The translations under genes were made by a program, and so were the position numbers. Below the pieces are notes generated by a model. It did no database searches. It had not been told where the DNA came from and saw nothing but the letters and a program-made list of their open reading frames with translations. Below, piece by piece: positions 21,429 through 55,305 of a stretch of DNA of 64,000 nucleotides. Numbering within the stretch: position 1 is the first letter of the stretch; every line of letters begins with the position of its first letter. The stretch is from the human T2T-CHM13v2.0 reference genome, Homo sapiens: the NCBI RefSeq assembly GCF_009914755.1, contig NC_060925.1. The stretch is one strand, 5' to 3'.

Positions 21429-22270
21429 TTAGGGGATAATAAAGGGTTGGATGGAATTTCCTTGAGCAATTTTTTCTGGCACTGGATAGAAATAATAAAA
21501 ACTAAACCAATTCTGAACAAACCTGTTTCTTCTTCAAGAATTCTTATTCATAATGATGAAAGGTTTCAATTCATATTCTCTTTCTCCATCTCTCCAATTC
21601 TCTTCTCTTCTTCCTTCTCCCTTCCTCCCTGCCTCCACTCTGAGGCTACCCTCTCCAAATCAAGTAAGCCAGGCCCAGCAATTAATGTCATAATTAAAGA
21701 TAACAAAAGAAAACTCTCATCACTATCTATTCCATTTTGAGTAGGAGTCTGTAACGCCACACACAGGATGTTCACACTTACCTGGTTACATAATCACAAT
21801 CCATATAGGGGTCCTCCTTGGTAAGGAACATGCTATCCTAGTTTCTACTTAATATTAAACAACAGTTTATAAAAATTCAGCTTTCAATACATTTTGATTT
21901 GAGACACAATGGTATTGAAATAAAAACCCACCACTGTCATTAATAAAAATCCTACCAATGGAAAGGAATGTCTTCCTGCAGTGGCATTAGTCGGGTCTTC
22001 TTCCTGCATTAGTGGGGTCTAATGACACACCACATCCCAATTCTCAGCAACTAAAGCTGAGACTGGAGAATATGGCAGGGTTTATCTTTATAGAAATTAA
22101 TTAAAAGTTAGTCTTCTGAGAGTCTCCTTAGAGAAACTAAGACCATCCACTAAATAGGAAAGAGAGGGATGACACCTGTGGTGTTAACAAGAGATGGTCA
22201 AGTTCTGCCAGTTAGTAAGGAGTTGTTAAGGGACCCACACCAAAATCCCCATCAACTCTTGCTTCGTAGG

Positions 22271-22632
22271 TGCTACAGACTGAATGTTTGTGTTCTCCCA
22301 AAATTCGTATGTTGAAATCTAGCTAACCCCCAAAGTGATGGTATTAGGAGGTAGGGCCTTTGGAAGGTAATTAGGTCATGAAGTTGGAGCCCTTGTGAAT
22401 GGGATTAGTGCTCTTAGAAAACGGACCAGAGAGAGTTTGTCTTCCTCTTCCACCGTGTGAGAACATAGCTAGAATGCAGTGTCTATGCAGACTGGCCCCT
22501 CACTAGACACCAAATCAGCCAGCACCTTCAGCTGGGATTTCCCAGCCTCCAGAACAGTGAGAAATAAATTTCTGTTGTTTATAAACCACCCAGTTTATGG
22601 TATTGTTACAGCAGCCTCAATGAATTAAGACA
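22271..22632 (+). mobile_element. MLT1A/MLT1A0-like MaLR solo LTR
   Basis: tgctacagactgaatgtttgtgttctcccaaaattc ... ccagcctccagaacagtgagaaataaatttctgttgtttataaaccacccag ... taagaca. Confidence 0.85.
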
Positions 22633-24646
22633 ATAAATTAGCTTACAAAGGAGCCAATAAACGCAATTTCAAACTCACTGCACATACTAAAAACTAGATA
22701 AGTAGATTAAAGAACCAGAACTATTAGATTAGAGGAGAAAATGGGTAGCTATGAAGGGAAAAAAAAATAAGGAAAGGGTGTTGTGGTCCAAGAACTAACA
22801 CAACAAAAACAAGCAAACAAGTAAAAACAAGTAAAAAAAAAAAAAAACCCTGAAAAACAAACCCAAAACAACAACAACAAAACATGAAGGGAAACAGCAC
22901 TGCTTAGGTTTCTGTCATCAGTTACGTAAGATTATCCCTCTGTGGCTGCCCACACCCCACACCTCTATCTTCTGATAAGAGGTAAGCTCAGGCTTTACAT
23001 GGAGCCAGCACAAGAGTTCTCAGAAAAAGAAGGCAGCAGATGGCTATCTGGGTGCTTGGCTCATTTATCCTCTAAGTCATTTATTTGTTCCACAGAAAGC
23101 CACTGGCTTGCTAAGGGTCAAAATGCCGTGTGTGATTATTGACTGGAAACAGGGAGACGATGCTGTTAGAGAGAACAACACTTCAGTCTTCCTACAGTCA
23201 AACCTTACATGCAGGGATACCTAAGTGGACTTTCATTTCCTGCGCTCAAATAAAGCACTTTTTTCTCTGGCACATAGCAGGATTGGCAGCAATTAATTGT
23301 CAGAACTGCTTAAGCTGTACACATTCTTATAATGTACACAATTAATTGGCTGAACTGCTTATACTGTACACGTTCCAGGACCCAATCAACAAGCCTCTGT
23401 GCTCCTCCTGCCAACAATTCAGAGGTTCATGGTACAGAAAGGGTGCAATACTTAAACTAAGCAGGACAGGCTTCACCCTCTTTAAGTTGAGAAACGGGAA
23501 TATATTGATGACATTCCTTTCTACTTTTGGAATTGCAAAAGGTCCACAATATCTGCCTTTGGATTCAATATATGTATATTTCCAAAAGAGTGAAAAATGC
23601 AGACTGACAATCCAAATGCCTTTGCAGCTCTGCAGGCAGGCAAGACAAAAGCAATTTATGATACAATTTCTCTCCACTTTGGATGCAGAGTTGCTTGACC
23701 TACCTTAGTGAAAACAGCACAAACTAGAAACTGGTGCTGCTCGCCAGTCATCCCTAATTAGAATGAGATCTGCAGTGCATACTTTTCTCTTCCCTTCCCT
23801 AGTGCATTAAGCAGAAGTTTGAACTCCCAAGTTCTCTCCCAAAAGAAATGCCAAGGCAATTCTCAATGCACAAGGCAATCTTACCACCTTTCCAGAGCTA
23901 TACATGGCCTTCAGGGTAAGAAGCTAGCTCCTAAGCATGATATATAAGGTCAAATATAACTTATCTGGATCTGAAGATTTCACTTTGCCCCATTTTTTTT
24001 TTTTTAGCAATACTTGCAGTTCTCAATATGTAATGCCAAGCTTTGTAATGCCTCCGTGCAACACTGCATGCAGCAAAAGCCCACTCCCAGTCCTGGGGTT
24101 CATAGTTCAAATTCAATATTCCTCCCCTCATGTCTATCCACTCTCCACATTAGACCACAAAGGTCTTGAAATCCTACTCACCAGCAGCAATTTCTTGCCA
24201 CTGCCCACTAATGGTAAACTAGAAGAAAGAATTCTCTATAGCCAACACATCCTCAGGATCTTCCTTCCAGCATACACCTGAATTCTGTAAGACCCAAGTT
24301 TGAATTTTCACCATCCTCCAGGAGACTGTCAGATCTAAATCTACCATTTTTCTAACTTATCCATTTCTAATTTCACGGGCCATAATTATCCTATAGTATG
24401 CTGGAGGTATTTTCTTTGCTGCTGCTTCCCAATGTCCTCTGCAAACCATTATTCTTCTACCTCCCTGTGAAAACCTCTTCTCCTTTGCCATCTTGCTGCC
24501 ACTTCAACTCTCATTGCAGCTATCATCTCCCAATTTACTCGTCACTCTTCCTATTTTACTGGTGACTTTGACATCTGGCTTTCAAAAGTCCTCCTCATCC
24601 CAAGTCCTACCTGAACAGTAAGAAAGGACAGGCCAGTAAGAGGACA

Positions 24647-25350
<704 letters not shown>

Positions 25351-25473
25351 AACAGGAACAGTAATAGTAATTCACAAGATTTGCTGTATAGATTAAGAGT
25401 TAATACACGTAAAGGGTTCTGAATGGTACCTGGCATATAGTAAATGCTCAGTAAACATCAGTTATTGCTGCTG

Positions 25474-25512
<39 letters not shown>

Positions 25513-25524
25513 CCATCACCATCA
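25474..25524. repeat. (TCA)n trinucleotide microsatellite
   Basis: tcatcatcatca...tcaccatcaccatca, which produces the spurious poly-Ser ORF. Confidence 0.95.
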
Positions 25525-26414
25525 TTAAAGACTACCTCAGTGTCCACATGGGTAACTCATTTAACACGTTCTTTGAGCTTGCTGGGTTCTTTGAGCTCCT
25601 TGCCTCCAATAAACTTCTTCTCCACTCTACCCCAGCAACCCTCTTCCACAGCTCACCCTAGATTCTGCCATCAGAACTTTACCACCTCCAAAATCTTAAA
25701 TTCAAATATTACATACTCTGACCACCGCCTCCTATCCTTCCAGCACTCACAATTACCCATTCCTCTGACATCTGCTTCCCATCATGGTAACCACTAAATG
25801 CCAAACTTGTCTACTTCTGTAGCGCCTTGCTATCTTTGCCTCTTTTTATACTTTCTCATACTATCTCTCATCACTCTTTTTACAACAACCTCGATTTCCA
25901 TACCTCATTTTCCTTCTGTACAAACTACCTAGCAAAGTTCCTATCTTGGATGAATCAAATTATCAGGCTTTTCTTGACAGAGTTGCTGAGAGCTACTGAG
26001 GAGAATCACACAACTTAAAGATCAGTACCACTGTTATAAATGCATGATCTCCATCTTCAAGGCTACCCAGCAATATTTCTATTTTCTTACCTAGTTTGCC
26101 ATCTTCTATCCTTCACGATGGCTATTTTAGACCTTTACCCCACTCTCTAAACCTCTGATTTTCCTGTCTATTACCCACTCCCCCCAATCCCATCTACCTC
26201 TACCTCTGTTTCTACTATCCATAAATGATCTATCACACTTAAGAAAAAACAAGAAAGAGATGAGAACTACAACAATTTCCTTCTACCCAGTATATAAACC
26301 CACCCTAGCTGTGTCCTACCCAATCCTTTCTCTCTGTCACAATGAAGGAAGTATCCTGCTTAAGACTAATACTGTACTCTGTGCTCAGTATTCTAACCTT
26401 CCTGCCCTATAAGG

Positions 26415-26636
26415 CAGTGGTTCTGGTCCCTGGGCAGCAGCATTGGCACACTCCAGGAACTTTCTGGAAATGCAAATTCTCAGAACATACTCCAGACCTA
26501 CCGAGTCAGAAACTATGGAGTTGGGGCCCGGCAATCTTTTTTATTTCCATCTCTTCAGAGCAAGAAACAAAGACCAATTTATTTTTAACAAGGCCTTCAA
26601 GTGAGTCTGATGCATGCTAAAGTTTGAGAACCACAG
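26415..26636. mobile_element. MER5A hAT-Charlie DNA transposon with a small internal insertion
   Basis: TIR-like ends cagtggttct / agaaccacag, core gaaatgcaaattctcag, 8-bp TSD ctataagg / ctctaagg. Confidence 0.85.
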
Positions 26637-26741
26637 CTCTAAGGGATTATTCATTATTTATCCCTTTTCCTGTCTTTAATCTCCTTTTTTAGTACAATGG
26701 TTCTCTTGCCTGAAAAGCCTCCTATTTTACCAGGCCATATA

Positions 26742-27762
<1,021 letters not shown>

Positions 27763-29663
27763 TATATTCTCGCCCTTTCCAGTCTACTCACCACATAGCC
27801 ACTATCTGATTATGTCATTCCCTACTTAAAACTCCCTAATGGTTTCCCACTGATCTTCAGATAAAAACCAGTATTTTAATAAGGCCTCAAGGTTCTGCAT
27901 ACCTCTCAAGACTTCTCTTTCACCACCAGCTCTCTTTCTCCGTTTGCCCAGCAACACCAGTCTCTCCCAATTTCTTGAGCTCGCCATATTCTAGGGCACC
28001 TAACACACTTTGAAATTGTTATTTCCTCTGCCTGAAATACTCTTTTTCCCTGTTTCTTTTCCGAATTCCTACTTCAAATATCAGCTTAAACTTTCTTTCT
28101 TTAAAGTGGCCTAACCTGACACCTTAGTTTGTATTAGGTGCCTGTTGGATGCTTTCACGGCACTCTGTATTTACCCTCTCATTACCCACATCAAGCTTAT
28201 AATTATTATAATAATTTAATTATTAGAAATGTAATATTCCTTGCCAGAGTATAAGCCTTGTTAAGGCAGAAATGATATTCATCTTATTTATTGTAATATT
28301 CCCAGTATCCAGCTTAGTATAGTACCTCGCAAGTAAATACACAATGACTATGACCGAGCCTTTACATACACTGTGGCTCTGTCCAGAATGTTTTTTTACC
28401 ACCATTAACCCCACCCCAGTACAATCCTACACATCCTTCAAGAAATGTTAAACATCTCGGAGAAGTCTTACCTGCACATACACACCACTTGCCTGCTGAA
28501 GTGAATCACTTCTTGTGTTCTTACTGCATTGTGTACATAAGTATGTTAATGCAATAATTATACACCACTGTAAATACCTATCTTCATGTATCAGTCTCCA
28601 CTAGATTATAAACTCCCTGAGGGAATGAACCATTCTTATTCACCTTTGTATCTCTAAGGCTTAGAAAAGTGCCTGACATTGACAGTAGGTAGCCATAAAT
28701 GTTTATGGGCATATTAAATCTAGGATTGTTCTCTAATACTGCACTAAAAAGTTTTTTTCTTAATATTAAATCTGGGTTCCAATTCTAGCTATGCTGCATG
28801 ATCACTGGCAAACTGTTTAACCTCTCTGGGCCTCAGTTTTCTCACCAGGTAAACAGGGCTAATAATGCCTACTTGGAAATATTGCTATGAAAATTAAACA
28901 AAATGATACAGTGCAACAATTAGTACACAGAGCGCTTGGCATGTCATAGCCCACTCTGGCTTCAACTTGATAGAGACAACTAGGACAAAACAAATACAAA
29001 AATAAGTCACAGCAATCAAGGAAGACTGAGCAGAGAGTGAGTCATTCCTTTTAATCATTTCCCCAAGGAGATCAACAATGAAGAAACATAATAAGCAGAA
29101 TAAACTCTACTGGTGGTATCTCCCTTGGCATATACAGCTTGGTGAGAATTCACTCCAGAGACCTCTTGGCTAATGGCCACATCCTGCTCCACAGCCCAGC
29201 AGGTCAGATCTTAATCTGTAGTACCAAGCATGGTTAATTCTGACTGGAATAGAAACTACCTCATAAAGAATGTGTTTACAGGCGAGAGATGGAGGAGAAC
29301 TTGACTGTAACCACATCAATCAACTGTTTTGCAATTTGGCAGAAAATACTGCAGAATGGTTGGTGAATACTAACAGCCATACAACTGTACTTACCTGTAG
29401 CCAAGAACCAGCTTAGACTAGATAATGAGCAGCTTTCTGCATTTACCAAAACAATGGTCAGACCTACATAGCATGAACATCTCTAGGGTCAAATTACCCT
29501 TTGTACATCTGGGCAGCACCAAAGAAGCTGACACCAAGCAGCTTTATATATACACTCCTCAGCCTATGAGCACTGCCCGCAAGCATCAGCTTCATTGCTC
29601 ATATATACCAAATGTAAGAGCAGATTTAACCATTTCTCTGCTCCTTATTCATAGCATGCTTAC

Positions 29664-30187
29664 CTCTGCAGAGCCACTGGTAGTCAGACCACCTAATTCG
29701 TTGGAGTCATTCACTTTAGAATGCTGTGTCACTATAGGTGTAACTACGTCACTGGGACTACCTCTCTTCTGAAGCTTCCTGATTAAGCTCTGCTGGTCAC
29801 TGGAAGATACAGCAGGTCTGAGTGCAGCTCTGGGTGGGCTCTGCCTCCAAGATGCCCAGTTCCAACCTAGCCCCAGAAGATGTGGTACATCATCTTCAGG
29901 TAGAAAGCCCAAATCATCTGCAGTTTGGAATTTTTTTAAAAACACCAGCATGGAATTGGAGGAGTGTGTCCTAAAAGCCCGGCAGCTCTGGGGCCTGCTG
30001 CAGTCTGCCTGAATGCACATCCCTTCTAGCCACCAAAAGACATGGCAGGCAGAGTCCTGGCAGCAGGCAGCCCAACATGACTGGAGAGAGGGGGTTCCTT
30101 CAAGAAGCCAGAGGTGATTTTCTCCCCCAGATCTCAGGCCAACTCCAAATTGTGTCTTCCCCTGCTGGCACCTGCTCTCACTGGCAT
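29664..30187 (-). CDS. KIAA0319L: KIAA0319L/AAVR internal coding exon (524 nt; MANEC domain plus start of the Ser/Thr-rich linker; probably exon 3)
   Basis: Translates DASESRCQQGKTQFGVGLRSGGENHLWLLEGTPSLQSCWAACCQDSACHVFWWLEGMCIQADCSRPQSC...GGLTTSGSAE, with 8 Cys, recognised as the AAVR N-terminal region. Acceptor tttgtttttag (AG at 30188-30189), phase 1. Donor GAG|gtaagc (GT at 29662-29663), phase 0. Confidence 0.97.
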
Positions 30188-30606
30188 CTAAAAACAAAGA
30201 ATGAAAACATTTTCAGATGAAATAAAAACAGAGACTACTGCTCCATAAAGAGCCCTGAGAACCAACATTTGAGGTTATTTTGAAGACGAGTTTTTAAGAG
30301 GGTGAGAAAGCCATCTAGTGAGTGGAACAAAGGAAGTGAAAGAGAGTGTTTTTTGTCTTCGGATATTTTAGGTTCTAGAAATACTGCTCCACATTCATTA
30401 ATTGTTCTCCTTCTCAATGAGTTCCTGCCATGGAGACCTTTTACACAGAATGTCACTTCATAAACAGGAAAACAAAAACAAAAACAAAAACAAAAAAAGA
30501 GGTATTCTGGTGGAAGCATATGCAGGGAAGTGGCAAGTTGGGAGGAAGAGGGCAGAGTCCCAATACCTGATGACCTCCCACTCACCTCCAAGGTATTTCT
30601 CAGGGA

Positions 30607-30672
30607 CAATGTGAGAACTGTGGGACCAGAAGAACAGGTAGCAATGTGAGAACTGTGGGACCAGAAGAACAG
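30607..30672. repeat. Perfect 31-bp direct repeat, period 35
   Basis: caatgtgagaactgtgggaccagaagaacag at 30607-30637 and 30642-30672. Confidence 0.97.
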
Positions 30673-31147
30673 TTTCCCCAGCAAACTGGCAGCAACACAG
30701 ACTGAGTACTCTGAACCTCATGCAGTTAATAGGCACATTCATTCTTTAACCAATCATTTGCCAAAGTCAAATGGTTTTGCATATCATAGTATCAGCCAGA
30801 GTGGTAGTCAAGATTACCAAAAATTTTAACCACGAGAGCAATTCTGCTAGAAAGAACTTCCTAATGACAAGTCATGTCATGATAAGAAATAATGGAACCT
30901 AAGTACAACAGTGACATGCTATGGGTAACCTAAATAATATGATCCAAAATTCTGGCTAATGTTGCTGATGGATAAACTTTGGACTGTTTTAATTATTTCA
31001 GGTATGGCATTGATTTTTCTGAAATAGTATCTCACCTCTGTTTTCTTAGATGAAGTCAAAACTTGTTCTAAATGGAAGTGATTATGTGAGTTCATTTTAA
31101 GGTACTGGCTCTATAGGTGTCTATTACCAGCTATTGTCAGGGTTATA

Positions 31148-31318
31148 TAGAAACAGAACTAGGGTGAGGCAAGAGAGGTGCCTCAGGCACAAAATTTAAG
31201 GAGGTGCTCACTTTCAGAGTCATTCCAGCAAAGGGTTGGCTCACAGGACCTTCATAGTGAGTGTCTCTTTAAATTCTGTGTTCTGGGCACCTCTCTCCTT
31301 ACCCTAGTCCTGGCCCTG
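31148..31318. mobile_element. MER96-like palindromic hAT MITE
   Basis: actagggtgaggcaagagaggtgcctcaggcacaaaatttaag is mirrored by tttaaattctgtgttctgggcacctctctccttaccctagt. 8-bp TSD gggttata / ggcttata. Confidence 0.8.
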
Positions 31319-32511
31319 GGCTTATAACATAAAATATATGTTAGAATTACATAGAAAAAATATGCAATAGAATCAAAACACTGAAGATATGGATAATCAT
31401 GTCTGCATGTACACACAACTGAAAAGACCTCTAACGAAAGCAACTGACAATCAGCCAAAGCCAATCTGACTCCCACGGAATACTTACTAAATGTCCAACG
31501 GACTAAATGTGGAAACTAATCAAAGATAAAAGGAAGGTAAAGGCAAGCTTCTAGAGTATTGAGTCAGGAGCACTATGGAAGCCAGCACTGGCACCAACCT
31601 AACACCAGACGAGGCAATTTAGAAGGCCACAGAAAATAGAACTCCCTTAAAAAAAAAGATGAAGAATACCAACTACGAAAAAAAAATCAAGCTACCAACA
31701 GATACAGAAATACCCCCTCATTTTTATTTATCCTTCCACACAGGCACCAATAGTAAGAATCTCGGTAACAGCTAACTGAGTGAACAGACTTTGTTGAAAT
31801 CAAATTGTTTTATCAGTAACTACTATTTTTACCTTTATATCAATTTTCCTTCATTCTTCTCATAACTATTTTCTCATACTTAAGAGGTCAACACAGATGA
31901 AAATTATCTGTGCTTTTTTCTAAGCTGATATATTATTTAATTTTTAAAAATGCAATACAACTTCCACTTCTGCTCTTGAAGAAGGAATTGCTATGGGGCT
32001 TGCCTTCCCACCATGAATAACTAGAAAACTAGACAAAATATATAAAGCAACTGTTTTTAGACACTGGACAACAGGCAGTGCAGGACTATGATCCCTGAAA
32101 GGAAACAAACCAGGTGAGCTCTATGAATCCCTTGGCTTTCTGCTGGAGGCATGCTCCAGACTGTGGCACAGGCAAGAAGAAGGCAAGCATAACAGGGCAG
32201 TTGCTAAATTGAGGAGACGGAGTTCAGGGTGACTGGTAGTTAGAATGTTTAAACAAAGTACCAGAAAGGAGGAAGCTACACAGAGAAAGAGCTTCAGAAA
32301 TCTGAACAGTAGTCACCTTCAGTTTTGGCTGAACACTGATTTACTAAGGTATAGGTTGAAACTGCATGAGGGAAATTAGAAAATATTTTGAACAGAATGA
32401 AAATAACACAATATATAAAAATGTGTGGGATACAGTTAAAGCAATGTCTAGAGGGACATTCGTAATTTTAAATGCTTATTTCAGAGAAGAAAAGTCTATA
32501 AAATCAATGAT

Positions 32512-36680
<4,169 letters not shown>

Positions 36681-37439
36681 CAAAAATAATATACATAACT
36701 TCCAATGTTTTAGTTTTAGTGTTCTGTAAGATATTAATATTTCACATCTAACTTACAAACTTATTTCATCATTCTTTTCCTGACTGACAATATAAATTTG
36801 TATTTCTTAAAAGCAGCTTTACTGCCCACTGATTCCCTTACTCATGAGTTAAATCTCTGACAAACGTTTCCTTTATATTTGTGAGAGTGATGTCTTTAAC
36901 ACTTTGAAATTTATATACTCAAACACACAAGGTTCACATTCATTTACAGAGGCCACAAAACATAGGAGAATTACCAAATTTCAGGGAAAGAAATATTTTA
37001 AAAATATATTTAGTTCAATTCCCATCTAGAGCTAAAATCCCCTCTAAAACAATTCAAAGTATTTTCCAGCCTTTTAAATTACCTCCTGTAGTTGAGAATT
37101 CATTAACAAGGCAGGCAATTCTAAATTTGTATATTCTAGTCTATTAGTTCTTCCTGGGGTAATGGTTAAGTGAATTACGGCATAGCAACTTAACGACTAT
37201 CATTAAAAGATCATTATAAAGACCAGGTGGCAAGATGGAAAATTGTTTACAATGTAACCCTAAGAGTAAAAAGCTAAATATAAAAGTGCACACATAGTCG
37301 GGCTGACAACCAAAATGTCTATAAATGGGCAAGAGATGAAAGTAAACACATATGAAATCAACAAACATTTACGAACATTTACTGTGTTGGAAAGTATCAT
37401 CGATGCTAGGGATTAAAAAAAAAAAACAAAACTTACAAA

Positions 37440-41770
<4,331 letters not shown>

Positions 41771-41834
41771 TGGCCAGGCACAGTGGCTCACGCCTGTAAT
41801 CCCAGCACTTTGGGAGGCCGAGGCAGGTGGATTA

Positions 41835-42080
<246 letters not shown>

Positions 42081-43141
42081 CTAATGTCAGAGGATGATGA
42101 GTTATGGGGCTATTTCTTACTTAAAACGAATTATGTGGCATATTTGGTGTAGCCCATCTGAATGCCCTAAAATTATCTTGATTTAACAGATAGAGAGACA
42201 GGTATAAACCAGGCAAATCTGGTGTCCCTGGGAACGTGAAATTTTGAGAGGAAAATAAATCGAAACAGGTAGGAGGTAGAAACTAGAATACTCAAACAAA
42301 GGCCCAGAGGCTTAGAAAGAACATGGTAAGAATTAAAAGTGATTGTAAGCTATATTTGTTTAAAAAAAATAAAATAAAAGTGATTCAGTACAGTGAAATA
42401 AAGTTTTTTTTTCCCCTGTATAACTTCAACCATATGATGGCTTCTAATTCTACGTAAACTTCCACTGCTCTCAAATGTGGATCCACATTTCCAGCTCAGG
42501 CTGCTTCGCTGCTGCCTTTCAGTAACAATTAAAACACCCAAATTATTTATCTTCCTGTTACATGAAATAAAAGTAAAACCACTTAACAGAGCAGACCTTG
42601 ATTATATGGTGCTTAGGTGACCTTCCTGAACCTCACACAGTAGCCTTCAAAATTCTGTGTGGCATGGCCTGACCTCTGCCTCCAGACATCTCTTATCATT
42701 CTCCAGACCAGGATCTATGTGCTCAAACCAGACCAGTGAAAAGAACTCTTTTCAAAGTTCTTTTTAAAAAGAACTTTGCTCTCTCTTTCTTCCCACAGGA
42801 AACTAAAACTATGAGCATAGATGAGATTATTCAGGAAGAGAAAGAGGAGATACGTTTCAGATTCATCTTATCTGTCCTTATTCAGCTCCAATTCTATAGT
42901 CCATTGCTTCAACCTCTCCAGCACTGATATTCTCCACTCCTTTGCCCTGGCTATCTGGGAAAATGGCAGTCATGGATGAATCTGTTCTGAGAGCTGGGAA
43001 AAAAATGATCCAACTTCACAGACTGATCTCACTCTAAGTAAATGGTCTCCATTCTTATCAGCAGTGGGCTTCCTGGTCATTCTCCGAGTTTCTACCTTCA
43101 TTATTTATTTCATTTCCCACAGTAGCCACCCTCAAATCTTC

Positions 43142-46153
<3,012 letters not shown>

Positions 46154-47754
46154 CTATGTTCCAATCTACCAGCCTTCTTCCATCCCTGAAATGGACCATT
46201 CTTCCTCCCTTTACTGTGCCTTTGACATGCTGCCTCCTCTACCTAGAACTCTCTTGACTCCTTTCTCCATCCAGTTAACTCCTCACATGAGGTTTCAGCT
46301 CAACCATTGGCTCCATGTCTTTGCCCCTCACTACACTGTAACCTCCAGGACCATGTTTGGTTTTCCATCTTCTTTTATTCTTTTACCCCTGCATCTCTAA
46401 TTCTAGCATAGAGTTTGGAACATTACATTGTAGGTGCTCAAAAAATCTTTTTCAACAAATGCATAAATAAATGCATATGTGTATATGAATGAAGTATTGA
46501 AAGAATGAATGAACAAAAGAAATGTCAGGAAACCAGATGGCCAGGTATCAGGTGGGTCATACTGAAGACATCCAGGTTGATGATGGGACTTTGAAAGGAG
46601 ATGAGGCCCATATGCTACAATAAATGAGGGTGGTAAATGACGGTTGGTAGATGAGTAATGATTACGGGTAGAACGTGGTATAAATCTCAAAGAGCAGAAG
46701 TTTTTGCATGAAAGTGGAGGAGGAATATTCAAGAAGTGACAGTGAAGAGTGTTAAAGACATTAACCCTACCTCCCAACTCAGAGATACATGGAATATGAG
46801 AGAATGAATGGCCATGGCCTGCAGACCAGAGGAAAAACAGTGTCTTTTTCTAAGAGAAAGCCAGTCTCAAAATATTCTATCTAATGTCTTCACTAATAAG
46901 TCTAAGTATAGATGGGGTTTATTAACTCAATGGATTCTAGTCACAGTTTAAAAGTTGGGAGGGGAGGGAGAGTTAAGTGCAAGTGAGTCAAAAAGCACCA
47001 AGTTACACAAGAATGTCAAATGAGACTGACAAATCATAATGGTTAAGGCACTTTACAGCAAGAAAAAGAAGAGGATGGAAAACTAAAAGGAACTAATGAC
47101 AGGATGACTACCTATTCGTCTTTGGTATAAAATGGCAAAAAGCTCTGAGGCAAATCATGGGGCAAGTCTTACAAATTGAACTTGGTGGAAACAGATTTAG
47201 ACTCGGGGAAATAGTCACAGGGACTAACAGGGATTACTAGGTCAAAGAAAAAATAACAAAAAATTATATTCCCTGGTTGTTGCTAGCAGCTCTGGTAAAA
47301 TCCAGACCTTTGAAATAGGAGACAAAAGCAGGGGAGAAAGTTGTAAGACTGGTTTGTCCTGAAAATGCCTTCTTTTGTGTCCATGGTTCCCTCAAGAATG
47401 TCACATAAGCTATACAATTATCGGGGTATAAAAAAGAAATGTTTCATAACCAAACATTGTCCAAGCTTTGTCAGGTGACCCTGGAAGCCTCTGTTAGAGA
47501 CCTCATCCATTACTCTAAGGCCCAAGTGAACATGTTCAATGAGGGAAGAAAGAACTTGAGGAGTCATACAGAATGTCCCCAACTCTCCCTACTTGACTGT
47601 ACCTCTTGACTGTTTTATTCCTAAATTATTGCTAGAACTTAGTACTGGGTGAGATCTCTGACTTCTGCAATTATCTGACAAACTGGATCCTTTGCCTTAT
47701 CTCAAGGGAGTAGAGCCTAGGAAAAGAAAGATGATCAGAAGCACATCTTTTTAA

Positions 47755-54845
<7,091 letters not shown>

Positions 54846-54976
54846 CTCTAGTCGGTCATCTTGAAAGACTCGGGCCCTTATATCTTCGACAATGACTACA
54901 AGTAAAAAATGTGAGGCCTAGGAAAAAGCTAGCTTCTATAAAAGAAATGTGAGGCCCAGGGGAGGTTAGCGGGCTA

Positions 54977-55305
<329 letters not shown>

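Noticed and set aside
25444-25797. Poly-Ser 117-aa ORF
   Set aside because: (TCA)n repeat plus L2-like sequence, with no splice or homology support.
30235-30684. 149-aa minus-strand ORF just upstream of the MANEC exon
   Set aside because: Ends in a stop before the acceptor, does not match the recalled AAVR N-terminus, and includes low-complexity FCFCF.
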